Shown one piece after another: positions 13,960-29,282 of a DNA stretch of 64,000 nt. The notes beneath the pieces are model-generated. The model saw only the letters and a program-made list of their open reading frames with translations. It did no database searches and had not been told where the DNA came from. The stretch comes from Octopus sinensis (lineage: Eukaryota), in assembly GCF_006345805.1 (NCBI RefSeq), contig NC_043000.1, forward strand, positions 77,810,001 to 77,874,000, written 5' to 3'. Position 1 is the first letter of the stretch, and each line of letters begins with the position of its first letter. The translations under genes were made by a program, and so were the position numbers.

Positions 13960-16330
13960 AAATTTCTAAATGTCAAAAACTATGAAACCACTTTACAATG
14001 TCAAGTAAAAGTTTGTCATTACACGCAACTGAAACAATCCATGCAAGCACCAGTGAAGTCAATGAAAGTGCACAAACCATGAGTGCTCTGTGCTTAGCAA
14101 TAATCAACCTACTGTTGATACTTTTGGTACAGATGATGATCACGGTGGTCAAGAACTTCGAGAAAAGAAAGCGCAAAAACAGAAAACAGGAAGCAAATTT
14201 AATGTTTTTCAAAGAATAGAGTAACCTGGCAAACTGGCTCTTAACAATTGATAATGATTTCATACAAAACTGTTTAATGCGTGACATCATTTTTTTTAAT
14301 GAAACAAACAGATAATGTATATACTGGATCGAACAAGATTTACAAACAGCAAAATTGAAGTTTCTCAAACAAATATTTTGAAAAAAAGATTGAAATATGG
14401 TCAGACTAGGATGAGATTCTGGTTAGTTTACTCAAAGAGCAAACTCTTTTCTAAATGCCTACAACGGGTAGGTTTTCTGATTGGATTAATATACTCAGAA
14501 CTTTAGAAAATCATGAAGACAGCATGGAACATAACAGGGTGATATTGAATTGGCTAACACGAAAGTCAAAGAAAAACACCGTGGATCAGCAACTTGAGGA
14601 GCAGTTGAGAAAAAACATACAGTACTATTTTGAAGTACTAAAAAGAGTTGTAGCAGTTATAAAGTTTTTAAGTGAAAGAGGTTTAGCATTTAGAGGTCAG
14701 GAGAAAAGGTGGGGCTCCCCAAACAATGGAAATTCATGGGGACCATTGAGCTTATTGTGGAGTTTGACCCATTTTTACATGAACATTTAGAGAAATATAA
14801 AAATGAAAAAGCAAATATTACCTATCCAAATCTGTGTATGAAACATTGATAGAAATCATGTGAAAGATAAAGTGGTGAATCAGATCAACAGCCTAGACAC
14901 CAAATACTACTCAATTATTGTTGACTCTACACCTGACATGACACATGTTGACCAGCTGATAATTGTGGTTCGATGATGTTATAATGGAAAACACTGTGAG
15001 AGATTTTTAGCATTTTTGCCAATAGAAAGACATTCATCCACGACATTGTTCAACAAAATAACAATTTCTTGGGGAGCATAAGCTTTCACTTGAAAATATC
15101 TCTGGTCACTCGTACGATAATACTTCCAGCATGAGGGGCTCGAAGAAAGGGCTGTAAGCACTTCTTATAAACATGTATGCAGACTATGAACCATGTGCAA
15201 GCCATTCACGCAACTTTGTTTGGTAAAAGGCAGTTTCTACTGTACCTGAAGTTGTCGACTATTTTAACATCTTGCAGCAGCTGTATGTTTTCTTTTCTGA
15301 ATCTCTTCGAATATGGGGGCGGGGTGTTGAACACAAAATCTAAAGTACTTACGTGTAACTAGATGGTCTGCACACTTTGAAGCAATCCGGGCAATTAAAA
15401 ATGTATATGGGATATTTTACAAACTCTTAAACATATGTTTGAAGACTCAGAAGAGAAGCCTGAATGTAAGCGAGATGCAAAGTTGGTAAAATTGGAATAT
15501 GCTGTTTTAACAGTCGTTTGGGAAGAAGCTATGGAGCATTTTAACAAAACAAGTAAGAAACTCCAAACCTCTGCTTCTGATGTATTTGAAGGTTACCTTC
15601 AGCTAGCTTCTTTGCTTTCATTTGTTAAAGAATTACAAGAAAATTCAGCCAACAGGATTACACACTATGAATCAGTAGCAAAGGGTTTATGTGAATATAT
15701 GACCTCAAATTATTCTGATATTTCCAAACGCATTGTTATAAAGAAATTTGCAGATGGAACAAGTGATAGGGCTTCTTCGAAAGGGGCTGAAAAAATTAGG
15801 ATAGAAGTTCTAAATCAAGTCCATGACTGCTTGATAATCCAGTTAAGATGGAACTATATGAGCAGATTGCGAAAAGGTTTAAGTTTCTCTCAGAATTAAT
15901 GAACAATTCAGAATTTGATGAGGAGAGTATCAAACTTATAATATCGCGTTACAAAGACGATATTGGCCACAAATTAATAAATGAGTGTTATCAGTTCAAA
16001 GAGTATTTACACCTTAGGAAATCTCGGAATACAGAAGAAAATATACACTATCTAAAATGCAATACACAGAAGTTCTTCAGCATATTTATGGGCAACAATT
16101 AATTGAAGTATCCCCTTATATTACCACTGCATATAAGCTGTACTTGACAATGCATATCATGAGCTGTGAAGCAGAAAGGAGTTCCTGAAAGCTTTCCTTT
16201 GTCAAGAATAAATTTAGGTCTACCATGATTGAAGAGCGCTTAAATTATTTATGTATATTGTCTCTAGAAAATGACATTGCAAGGAAGCTGTCATAGAACA
16301 AAACTATTGCTACAAAAAACAGAAAGAAAT
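13960..16330 (+). mobile_element. Decayed hAT transposase (ZMYM1/DUF4371-like group)
   Basis: IKFLSERGLAFRG...NNGN; YYSIIVDSTPDMTHVDQL; CEAERS..KL..VKNKFRSTMIEERLN; termini not identified. Confidence 0.85.
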
Positions 16331-16626
16331 GTATTTTGTAATTTTCATATGCATCCTAATGATGCATCATGCATGTATATAATACTTCCCTAATTTTCAA
16401 CTCCCCTCCAACTCTAAAAGTATAAGGAATAGCCTGGAAAATATTTGTAGTGATCTGCCATGGAACAAAGACATCGACAAAGAAATATTGCAGAAAAACG
16501 TGAAATTCTTCGAGCAGGCGTGTGTCTTATGCGAAATTTGTGATGAGGCCGAGTGATGAAATCTGTGATGAGTCCGAGTGACGCTGATGATCTAGAGTCG
16601 CCTCTAATATATATATGTAACGGAAG

Positions 16627-17450
<824 letters not shown>

Positions 17451-17865
17451 GTGCTTGTTTGTATACATATACACGCATATATCTATGTACATATGTATAC
17501 GTGTTTATATAGAGACATATGTAGGTATTCTTTTATGAATGCAACAGATGAATGGTATTATGACTAAAGAGCAGTGAATAGACAGCATTAGCTTTACGTT
17601 GTATATGTTACAAAACCAGTAGCATACACAACATAAATCTTTTGCCCAAGGTGAAATACAACCAGGAAACCAATAGGTGTTTAAACGGATTAATAGAAAT
17701 AGTAGCCAACCGAAACCAAAGATCGTTCCAGTTATCCCCTACCTTCTTTAAAAAGAAAGACACAATAGATGATAGGCTCTAATGCTCACGCTATCTGAAT
17801 GATAGACCGCACATACATATGATATGTGTATTCTTACAGAAATGCTGGCATGTGAATCCTTACAG

Positions 17866-17915
<50 letters not shown>

Positions 17916-17929
17916 CAAATATTACACGC

Positions 17930-19991
17930 AGAGCAGCCTCGGTTCTCGACCATAATCTGCTCTGAAAGTCTGTTCTAAAACAGAATTGCTCAAGAACCGA
18001 ATCATTTTTTCCCATTACAATTGACGTAAAAGAGATTAATTCGTTTCGAAACAACAGATGAATGCTCAGTTACATGATTACACTACATATTTTAGTATAA
18101 AACGTGTATTCAAACTGTAAATAACACACAAAAGCGTGTTATTTCTTAGAAGGGGAGTCCCCTTCTATAAAAACCACTGGTAACTGTTTTTCAGGGGTTT
18201 CTTCCCTTCTCTGTCTCTTTGGCTCAGGAACATCTTTCTCTGGGGTTTCTTTTCTTTTTTCTTTCAGCAAAAACTTGTCCAATGTTAGTTGTTTTTGCCT
18301 GCGTTGTAAAGGTTTTCTAAAATGAGACATGACATTTGTCATTGAAAAGGTTTACTGTTCTATTTGCTATCACTGTTTCAGGGTAATATTTTCCCACAAA
18401 ACTTTGCACATCATCCCAATTAGCACAAATTTCTTTGATTAAAGAATTTGGAACATCCTCCTTTCCTTCTTCCTCCGCCTCAGAAGACATTTCCTCGGCT
18501 AAAGTTTTGAAGGTGTACGAGCTCTTCGGTGGTAAGCGCAGCACGGTGGTCTTCTACCAGTTCTTCAATATCTTCACTGTCGATATCCAACCCCATAGTT
18601 TCTCCCATAGAGACAATATCATCAACAATAGCAATTTCCTCGACAGCAACAGTACTTGTAGCTGTCTCAACACCCACCCCTAAAGTCTCGTTCTGGTACA
18701 GTCTGGCCAACTTTCCTGCATGCTGAATTCATGGTTCTGTAACTCACTTGGTTCCATAAGATTAATACAATTCAGGATATTGAAATGATTTTTCCAAATT
18801 TCTCTGAGAATTAACTGAGTGTCATTAGTGACTTGAAAACACTTTCGAAACAGGACTTTTGTGTAAAGTTTCTTAAAGTTTGCAACGACCTGTTGGCCCA
18901 TCGGTTGTATTAGAGGAGTTGAATTAGGTGGCAGGCATTTGACCTAAATAAAATTAAATTCTTCAACTAAGTCATCTTCCAAACCTGGAGGGTGAGGGAG
19001 GGCATTGCCTAACACGAGAAGGCATTTTAGTGGCAAGTTTTTTTCTTGCAGATTTTTTTTAACACTCAGGGCAAAAACTTCATGAATCAACTCAATAAGA
19101 AATCGTCTGGTTACCCAAGCCTCCGTATTAGCCCACCACATAACAGGCAATTTACTTTTCATAACATTGTTTCTTTTGAAAACCTTCGGATTATCGGAAT
19201 GGTAAACAAGCAATAGATTGACCTTGAAATAGCCACATGCGTTGCCGCATAGCAAAAGAGTGAGTCTATCTTTCATTGGTTTGCGCCCTGGCAACACTTT
19301 CTCCTCCTTAGTAATATAGGGCCTATTTGGCGTTCGTTTCCAAAACAATTCTGTTTCATCCCCATTAAACACCTGTTGGGGGAGATAACCTCCCTCCTTT
19401 ATCAAGTCACTAAACTCAGTCACAAATTTCTCAGCCACTTCCTTGTTTGAACTCGCCGTTTCTCCATGCCTAATTACATTGTGTATTTAACTTTTCTGCT
19501 TAAATTTCTCGAGCCTGCTTCTTCTAGCTTTTAATTCAAAAGTATCACTTTCAGCACTTGTACTAGAGTTTACTTTAAATTTATAATGCTTTCTCACAGA
19601 TAAATGCTTCACGGATGCTGTCACCAGCTAACTGTTTCTCATTTGTAAAATTAAGCAATAACTTTTCCACTTCGAGTATCTTTGGTCGGGTGAGTTATGT
19701 GGCACTATGTCCTGTTTGTAAGAAATTATTTTTAATTCTTACTTGCATTCACCTGATGGAACCTTTTTTTGCATGAGCTAACACTTTTGTTCAGTAAAGA
19801 ACACGTCTGAAACAGCTGTAGTGAACCGCAAACCTATCTATATTATTATTTATTCATCACCTAACTCGGAGTCTGTAGCCGAAGTGAAATACGTGCAGAT
19901 TGTGTAACCCGGTTACAAATCCGTGTTTACTTCAGTAAGTACGTATATGTCAATATACATTGTCGGTACACAGGTGCTCTGTCCTCGACTG
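17930..19991 (-). mobile_element. Decayed Tigger/pogo element (TIGD1/Tigger1-like transposase)
   Basis: QQVFNGDETELFWK; KPMKDRLTLLLCGNA; AWVT; CLLVLGNALPHP; QPMGQQVVANFK; possible end ...ctcgactg|ta at 19991; ends uncertain. Confidence 0.85.
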
Positions 19992-20051
19992 TACCTTGGT
20001 GCTTTTACTAGTTAACTACCTGATTCCTTCGAATCATAACAATATATATAT

Positions 20052-22925
20052 CAGTGCTTTTCAACCTTTTTGCTGAAGCGGAACTCCAAGGAAACATTCC
20101 ACTGGCTCGAGGAACCCCTGTGCAATAATTTAATTATCTTATGCAAAAAACAGCATTTAATTAACGAAATTAAAATACTCATGTTCGGATTTATTTACAA
20201 TAAAAACACAAACTGTAAAAAAATTGTCACGTACATATGCAATTTTATTCTTACATCTACAGTTATTATTAAAACATGTATTAAAAAGACTTTAGTTTGA
20301 ATAGATTACATTTATTCTCATCAAAAACTCAATGAAATTCTTGAGCCTGGTGTTTCTTGCACAACTCTTTAAGATTGGGTCGTGTTTTTGATAGATACAC
20401 ATGAAGTTCATCTTCCACAGACAGCAATTGTGCTCGCTTCTTGTGCTTGATAGTTGTTAGGGCTGAAAATCCAAATTCACACAAGTAGGAGGTTGAAAAG
20501 TGCACAAGAAGTCGCAGCGCTTTCTGGGAAATTGCAGGATATTCCTTTTCAACTAGCAACCAAAATGCATTCAGGTTAAGCTCAGAATGCTTCAACTTTA
20601 ATGTTCTGTCATTTAAAAAATTGGCAAGTTCTTCTTCTGTTAAAGTGAACTGTTCTTCAAATGGCTCAAATTCCACAAATGGATTTCTAATCCAGTCATA
20701 CTGGTCAACAGATATCGATGGAAAATATTTGTCAAGATTTGTTAACAAAGTGTGCAAATGGTTCAAAATCAGTAGCGCAATTTCTTGACAATTCCTTTTA
20801 AAAACACTTGGAAACATTTCCAAATTTCCTGCAGCCATGCGTTTCTTTCATATTGTCAATTTCTTCTGAAAAGCATTTATTTTGTCAGTAGAAGACCAAA
20901 ATCTTTCGTTCCTGCCCTGCATGCCATTGTTCAAGAGGTTTAGCTCATGAAATATATCGGCAAGATATGCTAACTTGGAACACCAATGGTTATCACTCAA
21001 ACATTCTACAAAGTCTTTCAGGTTTTCTTGCAAACAAAAGGTCAATAACTCCTCTTAATTCGTAAAAACGAGACAATACTTTTTCCCTTGACAACAATCG
21101 TATTTCTGTGTGCTGGATTAAGGTGGAATGGCCTGCTTCCATACCCACACAACGTTTCGCAAACTGTCGACATTTAAGTGGCCTCATCTTGATGTAATTA
21201 ACTATTATCACTACCATATCAAATCCAGATTTTAGTTCAGGTCCAAGAGTTTTAGCAACTAGTGCTTCTCTATGAATGAAACAATGAATATGGATAATAT
21301 TTGGATTTTGTTTTTGTGCGATTGGGACAAAGCCTTTAAGACATCCTGTCATTGCAGGGGCACCATCTGTACAAATACCAACACAGTCTTTCCAGTTCAA
21401 TCCACAATACTCTAAATATGAATTCGAAACATTCAAATACATCTTGTACTTTTCTTGTTTCTGGCAACTCTTTGCAACACAGGAATAGTCTTCTACAATA
21501 GCTTCATCATTAATAAAACGAACAAATACAAGGAGCTGTGCTTTACCAGTGATGTCTGTACTCTCATCAACTTGAAGTGCAAACAACTTCCTCTCCAAAC
21601 ATTATCCTCACTATTTCCTGGCATGCAGGTAAAATTACAGTTTCAGCGATGGTATGAGATTTCATTTTTCTTGCAACTATCTCCGCCACAGCATAACTTG
21701 CTTCTTGTCCTTTGTCACTCAACTTGAACTTTTTGGCAAACATAGAAACTTGCCTTTTATTAAATGCCAATTCTTTTTTAAAATATTGTTCATTTTTGCC
21801 TGACAACTCTGGATGTTTAGTTGTTAAGTGTTGTTTCAGTTTGGCTGGTGCCATAGCACTATTAGCCAGCTTCTCCCCACAAACAGTACACAAAGGTGAA
21901 GAGCAGTCTGGGTTTCCAGTCCAAGTAAATCCCAGAGCTATGTAGTTTTCACAATATTGACGAACTTTTAGTTGCAGGTTAATTCCATCATGTCTTGGTA
22001 ATTTCGAAGAGGCAGCATCACTGGCAGTGGCTGCAGTTTCAACAGACTGCCTCAGACCCTGTCTATCTTCATCTGTATCTAACTTACGTTTTTTCAGAAA
22101 TCTATCCATACTTGTAAGGCTGTAAGCAGAATTGTATATATATAAAAGCAAACCTAATAGTGGCAGGACAAAATGATCTTTTAAGTGTAGCGTGTTTAAT
22201 GATGTAAAATTTAGCTTTTTTATTAATGTTTTTTTTTTAGTAATAGGTATTTCATTATACTTAAACAATATGCATATAATAATAAAATAGATTTTCGGAT
22301 TTGAATTTAAAATGTCGTGTATTTGTTCATTGTTCTAATTTAGAAATTTGTAAGGAATTAATATTTATGCATATTTACATATCTTATTAGTATCAGTTTC
22401 CCTATTTCTTATTTTTTCCTACATATGTAATTCAACTCTCTTTCGAATTTTTTAATCTTAGCATTTCACCAAATATTAATAGAAATTTTTTTACAAAAAC
22501 GCCTTTTAAAAAGCTAAAGATATTTTAAGAGGCGGATTAACAACACCTAAATGTCTTACACAGTTAAAATGTTTCTTCCAAATATAGTCACTCGTATTTT
22601 ACAAAAGAAACTAAACCATCATCTAAGCTAGCATGCAACTCGTAGATGTGCACGTACATGTACACACCAAGGATTAGGGTCATCTACGCTGGCGTGTAAC
22701 TCGTAGTTGTACATGTCGTAGGCCTACATATACACACCAAGGATCAGGGTCATCTACGCTGGCGTGAAAATCGTAGATGTACACATAGGCCTAACGTGTA
22801 CACACACATCTGCACAGAAATATTAAAAATTACTGTCGACTTTAGCATTTATGTAACTTCTTGCGGAACCCCTGGATTGTACTGGTGGAACCCTAAGGCC
22901 GCGGAACCCTGGTTGAAAACCACTG
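20052..22925 (-). mobile_element. Buster-type hAT transposon (ZBED5/ZBED8-like), 2874 bp; transposase ~22109-20329 frameshifted
   Basis: 15-bp TIRs cagtg(c/g)ttttcaacc; 8-bp flanks ataTAtat/gttTAtat (6/8); BED finger CTVCGEKL...KQHLTTKH; FALQVDESTD; CTDGA; HCFIHREAL; SYLCEFGFS. Confidence 0.95.
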
Positions 22926-23152
22926 GTTTATATACTCGATATATATACACATACATATATACAGATGTACATACACATGTAAAATAAATAAGTAAACAGA
23001 GGGAGACGTAGAGAGATAAGCAATGAAAAAGAAATACAAATAAAAACACAGATCAATTCATAACAACACATAAGTTGAAACAAAAGCTCTCAAATGGCTT
23101 AATCGATAGTTAGAGAATGAGGGAGGTGAAAGAGAATGTGTGAGCGCGAGAA

Positions 23153-23262
<110 letters not shown>

Positions 23263-23604
23263 GGTAAGGGGAGAGTGACGATAGCTTATAAATGAAGTTC
23301 CATAGCAACATGCCTTTCTAGTTTACCAATAAGCAGGTCACATACTTCCATTACAAAAGTAATTACTTACTCTAAATTTTACTTTCACACACTTTTAGAC
23401 ATCTGTTTGATTCTCATTTTCTTTATTGTTCCCGTTTTGCTTCCCATTCTTTCCAACCTCTCTATATGTAAGCAAGCAATATCTGCACGCTGACATACAT
23501 ATATACATACGAACAAACACACACCCACACACCCACACCCACACCCACACACACACTTATGTATATGTGTATGCTTGCGTGTATATGCATGATATATGTT
23601 CATA

Positions 23605-23654
<50 letters not shown>

Positions 23655-24002
23655 ATTATATATATATATATGTATGTATGTATGTATGTATTATGTATGT
23701 ACGCATGTTTGTATGTATATCGCACACAAATGCAAAGGCATATATATGAATCAGGCGATCTATTTGAATTAGAAATGATAGATCACATTGATTTTATGCA
23801 CGCGAGTATGTGTGTGTTTTCGGGGAGTGTGTGTGGATGTGTGTGGATTTGTGTGTGTCTTTTATATATTGTTTATATTCTCATCGTCTTTGATATGATT
23901 AATTCACTGTCTCATATTCCAATTATTTGCTTCAGCTCTCTCGCTCTCATCTTCCCATACCTCGACATAATCATTAATTGAAGGTATATATAGATATCTC
24001 TG

Positions 24003-24068
<66 letters not shown>

Positions 24069-24324
24069 ACCTGCATATATTTATATGTATGAATACAAAC
24101 ATACATACATACACATAAACATACATACAAACATACATACACGCATACATATATGCATACATGCATATATACGTGCATTCGTACACGCTTTCGCGCGTGC
24201 GCCCACCTGCACACACACACACACACACATGTAACTTCGAGCTGCGCGGACTATACCGAACTGGCTTGGTATCTCCATTTAAATACCTAATTCAACTAAA
24301 TCTTAATTATTTCCAGATATATTT

Positions 24325-24520
24325 CTTTTCTTTTACTTGTTTCAGTCATTTGACTGCGGCCATGCTAGACCATCACCTTTACTCGAACACATCGACTTAT
24401 TCTCAGAACTTATTCTTTGTAAGTCTAGTACTTATTCTATCGTTCTCTTTTGTCGAACCGCTAAGTTACGGGGACGTAAACACTTCAGCATAGGTTATCA
24501 AGTGATGTTGGGGGACAAAC
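24325..24520 (-). mobile_element. SINE 3' portion (family of 27902-28350)
   Basis: tttcagtcatttgactgcggccatgct...ctaagttacggggacgtaaaca; related copies at ~25660-25860 and ~47090-47265. Confidence 0.75.
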
Positions 24521-24576
24521 ACAGATATACAAACTATATGCATATAGTATATATATATATATATATATTTATATAG

Positions 24577-24830
24577 GGAGGCGCAATGGCCCAGTGGTTA
24601 GACCAGGCCTTGTGAGTGTTTATTGAGCGAAAACACCTAAAGCTCCACGAGGCTCCAGCAGGGGATGGTGGCGATCCCTGCTGTACTCTTTCGCCACAAC
24701 TTTCTCTCACTCTTCTGTTGGCCTGCTCGCTTAGCCAGCGGGGTGGCGTCATTTGAAGGCTAAAACAATGCGAAGCGCATTGTGACCAGCGATATGTGGA
24801 AACATTTGATAGCCAGGTCGGTCACGGTGA
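24577..24830 (+). mobile_element. tRNA-derived SINE with B-box region deleted
   Basis: ggaggcgcaaTGGCCCAGTGGttag head and body shared with 31470. Confidence 0.8.
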
Positions 24831-24849
24831 TATATATATATATATATAT

Positions 24850-25012
24850 GACAGGCTTCTTTCAGTTTCTCTCTACCAAATCCAATCAGAAGGCTTTGGT
24901 CGGCCCGAGGCTATATTAGAAAATATTTGCCCAAGGTGCCACACAGTGGGCCTGAACTAGAAACCATGTGGTTGGTGAGCAAGTTACTTACACACAGCCA
25001 CTCTTGCGCCTA
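24850..25012 (-). mobile_element. SINE 5' portion
   Basis: Minus strand ggcgcaagagtggctgtgtg...catggtttctagttc...gcaccttgggcaa; related copy at ~25925-26045. Confidence 0.7.
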
Positions 25013-25477
25013 TATATGACAAAGTGTTTAGAAAATCTGTATAAGAGATGAAAGTAGTAGCAATTTAGAGTGATAAGGTTTGTCACCACTTCAAACTTGG
25101 CTGTTCCATACGAATCGGACGTTACAACCGTCGTTAACCACAAGAGGATGCCTCCTCCAGCTGGTTACGGATGCAATCTGTACCCGATATACATTGCCGC
25201 TTAGGCATTGCGAGATTAATAACCAAGTAGAGGACTCAATATACATATATATAGTATAGAATGAAGCGTTAGTCGAGTACACAACAGTAATTAAGCAGAG
25301 CCCCGAATATGAAGTGCACTTCTTATTGCAGATTCTGATGTTACTCAAGCGCTCAACTATGAATTCACTGTATCCTATAACAGAAACAGCTGTAAGATAA
25401 TGAAGTTCATAAGATAATCGTTTCTTCGTTTTATTCCTCTTATTTTCATGTGTATATATATATATATATATATACAT

Positions 25478-25525
<48 letters not shown>

Positions 25526-26053
25526 CAAACCATTGGTAGTATATTAGTCGACAAGTAAAATAATGTTTCCACGTAATGCATTGTTGAGCACTCATTCTCA
25601 GTCGTTTGTCGCCATTTTGGATATTAGCATATGTGTGTGCGTACATATATATATTATTTCATTCTGTTATTGCTTTACTTGTTTCAGCCATATGATAGCG
25701 ACAATGCTGGAGCACCACATTAAAAGATTTTTTTTAGTCGAAGAAATCGACCCCAGGACTTTTTTCTTTGTAAGCTTAGTACTAACTCTATCTGTTTCTT
25801 TGCCGACCAGCTAAGTTACGGGGACGTAAACAAACCAACATCGGTTGTCAAGCGACGGAGGGGGGACAAACATAGACACAATGAGACATAGACTCATAAA
25901 TATATATATACATGCACATATATATCTACCCACAAGGCTTTGGTCGGTCCCAAAACTATAGTACAAGATGCCACGCAGTGGGACTGAACCAGGGACCATG
26001 TGGTTTGGAAGCAAGCTTCTTACCACCCAGCCACGTCTGTGCCTATACATTCA

Positions 26054-26137
<84 letters not shown>

Positions 26138-26150
26138 CACACCCACACAC

Positions 26151-26181
<31 letters not shown>

Positions 26182-26274
26182 GATTGATTGATTGATTGAT
26201 TCCAGTTCCAGCCTATGAGCTGTGGCCATGCTGGGGCACATATATATATATATATATATTTATTATATAGAAGG

Positions 26275-26325
26275 AGCTTCTACAGGACTAGAACTGTTTC
26301 ATTCAAGAGAAATCTTCAGGAAGCT
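26275..26325 (-). ncRNA. Type-I hammerhead ribozyme (intact core, GUA site)
   Basis: AGCTTC-CTGAAGA-T TTC tctt GAA T-GAA-ACAG ttctagtc CTGT-A-GAAGCT. Confidence 0.8.
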
Positions 26326-27089
26326 AGTTAACAAGAATTGTATTGGCATTTATACATTTAGGCAGGTTTAACGGGGTGTTGGTGGGGGACTTTTTTGGGG
26401 GTAGGCATAGCGCAAAATATCATACTTGGGGGAGTGGTCAAGGAGTCAGTGTTAAATTAGATAGAAGAATAAATAAAAAAATAAAAAAATAAAAAATATA
26501 TATACACATACACACACATACTCACATACACGCATACACACACATATCCACACACACACATGCACACACAGCACACTAGTCCCTATATACACATATATAC
26601 ACATACACACACATATACACACACATACATACATATACATACATGTATATATATACATATGTGTACCTATGCAAACCTACACATACACACATATATATAC
26701 ACATACAAATACAGACCCATTCCCTAATTTAATTTTATTATCTTCGTTTATTATTTTGTTATCTTTGGCCGCTTGGTCACAAACATTGGCTATGACAGCC
26801 AGTCCATTTATCTGTCTACTGGAAAACAAGCACTCATTCACTCACGCACACTCTTTAGCACGTACTCTCACTCATTCGTAAACTCATACACATACACGCA
26901 CGCACGCGTTATATTCATACATACATCCATCTACATACATTCACGTATATACACATACGTACGCGTACCTACAGATTTATGTCTACACTCTTAGAAGGCT
27001 AGTCTATATATATACACCAATAAATATAAATACACACACATACATATACACCTACATACCACCTCGAAATTCCACCAAACACACAACAT

Positions 27090-27720
27090 GAACTTCTGTT
27101 GACACTGTCCTTGTTTGACTACAGGTTCTGAAGACTGGCCAGAACGAAGACACTGACTCCTCTGATTAGGATTACAAAAATAGATCCAGCTTTCATTCCC
27201 AGTTACAATACGATGGCAAAAACAGGCATCTCGAGAATTTGACAGCAGTTATTTGCAAATGTTCACACGTAGTTGAGCCTGGTCATTGGTTACAATATGA
27301 TAGCACCTGTTCACAAGGCTGAGCTTATGGAGGTGTCGATTGATGGTGCTTTGAGTAGGACCAAGTTCTATCGACAATGTACGAGTATTTGTGCTTATGT
27401 TCAACCATTTCAAGGCCTCATTTCGACAACAGGTCTCTCTGACCTTGGTCTGTCTTCAAGGTTGGTGTCACCTTCCTTGATACACCTGAGCCAGTTTTTT
27501 GTCACACGTTCGTTAATAGTTCCTGGGTCTTCCACATCAGTATTTTTATTTTGCCGCTGCCATTGCACTCAGTTCTTTTTTCTTCAGCAGTTTAAAATGG
27601 CCCTAATTGCAATTGCTTCACCACTCATTATCAAAGCTGTAAAATAAAGAATAAATGTTTATATGTTATATATGAAAATAAGGAATAAAATTTTTTAAAA
27701 AAACTTTTGACTCACCTTGA
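27090..27720 (-). mobile_element. Degenerate mariner N-terminal fragment with a candidate 79-nt 5'-UTR intron
   Basis: MSGEAIAIRAIL...GTINERV..NWLRCIKEGDTNLEDRPRSERP...LHKL; aag|GTGAGT (27715) ... tttacAG| (27637); ATG at 27628. Confidence 0.65.
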
Positions 27721-27855
27721 TATATCGGGTCGGTCATTAAAAAGCACAAGCAACCGGGGTGTGTGTTTATTATTATCATAATGACAACCTCTCCAACAGG
27801 AATACAGCAAATTCTGTTTCAACACACCAGTTCTCATTAAGGATCCTGTAACCAA

Positions 27856-27901
<46 letters not shown>

Positions 27902-27903
<2 letters not shown>

Positions 27904-28018
27904 CCACTTCGAGGCACCTTGGGCAAGTGTCTTCTACTATGGCATCGAGCTGACCAAAGCCTTGTGAGTAAATTGTGTAGACGGAAACTGAAAGATGCCC
28001 ATCATATATACATATATA

Positions 28019-28065
<47 letters not shown>

Positions 28066-28350
28066 GCGTGTGTGTGTGTGTGTGTGTGTGAGTGTGTGTG
28101 TATGCGTGTGTTTGTATGTGTGTGTGTATATGTGTGTGATGTGTATATATGTTTGTGTGTCTGTGTTTGTCCCTCTAACAACGTTTGACAACCGACACAA
28201 GTGTCTTTATGTCCTCGTGACCTAGCGGTTCGGCAAAAGAGATCGATAGAATAAGTACTAGGCTTACAAAGAATAAGCCCTGCGGTCAATTTGCTCGACT
28301 AAAGGCGGTACTCCAGCATAGCCGCAGTCAAATGGCTGAAACAAGTCGAA
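27902..28350 (+). mobile_element. SINE with CORE-like ccttgggcaag segment and internal microsatellite
   Basis: gcaccttgggcaagtgtcttctactat...ccagcatagccgcagtcaaatggctgaaacaagt. Confidence 0.75.
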
Positions 28351-28699
28351 AGGCACCCGTTGTTATGTCCTGTTATTATTTTCATTGTATTTTTTAATTG
28401 TATTTATATTTGTGTAACGTTGTCCATTTTTTCGTCCCTGTTTTCGTATACATTTACTGCTTTATTTCAAGGAATCTAATGCTCTTAGCTTAGTTTTTCC
28501 TTGGGGCTGGCCAGATTGAAGCAATCTCAAGAATAATCAGCCGAAATTGCTAGGATAATCTGGTGCTTGACTGAGGAAAGGAAACTTCGAGTGACCCGTC
28601 CTTGTTTCCTTGTATCGTCTATCTGGATGTTTTGCTGTCCCTTTTTGTATCACCTAGTTGTCCGGATGTTTTGCGTCCTTGTCCCATTTTCCATTATAA

Positions 28700-28748
<49 letters not shown>

Positions 28749-28757
28749 TTATATACA

Positions 28758-28791
<34 letters not shown>

Positions 28792-28854
28792 CTAAAAATT
28801 TCATCAAAAGTGGCAGCATATTAAAATACCTTTAAAGGTTAAAATTGCAAACAA

Positions 28855-29094
28855 CTTATAAACAAGGGCAAAGGAAAAATTATTTCCATGCCAATATGCT
28901 GAGAACAGACTTTAAATTGTCAATTTCCACATTTCATTATACATTCACTTTAAATACATGTCGTGCTGACGTGTATTTAAAGTGTACGGCGCGTATTTAA
29001 AGTGAATGTATAATGAAATGTGGAAATTGACGATTTAAAGTCTGTTCTCAGCATATTGGCATGAAAATAATTTTTCTTTTGCCCCTGTTTATAA

Positions 29095-29096
<2 letters not shown>
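28855..29096. repeat. Foldback with ~100-bp inverted arms next to (TA)n
   Basis: cttataaaca...cactttaaatac and gtatttaaagtg...tgtttataag. Confidence 0.85.
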
Positions 29097-29145
<49 letters not shown>

Positions 29146-29241
29146 CGGGAAGCTTTATGAAAATAGACAAAAGACGAAGGCAGGTGGGAAACAAACAAAC
29201 AATTGTATTAGTATGGCGCTCAGGAAATACTAATACTCAGG

Positions 29242-29282
<41 letters not shown>

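Noticed and set aside
13670-16420. TIRs/TSD for the ZMYM1-like hAT
   Set aside because: No matching inverted termini found.
25331-25400. GAAACAGCTGTAAGA hammerhead 3' half
   Set aside because: 5' core and stem I are too eroded to call; probably a relic of the 10745 family.
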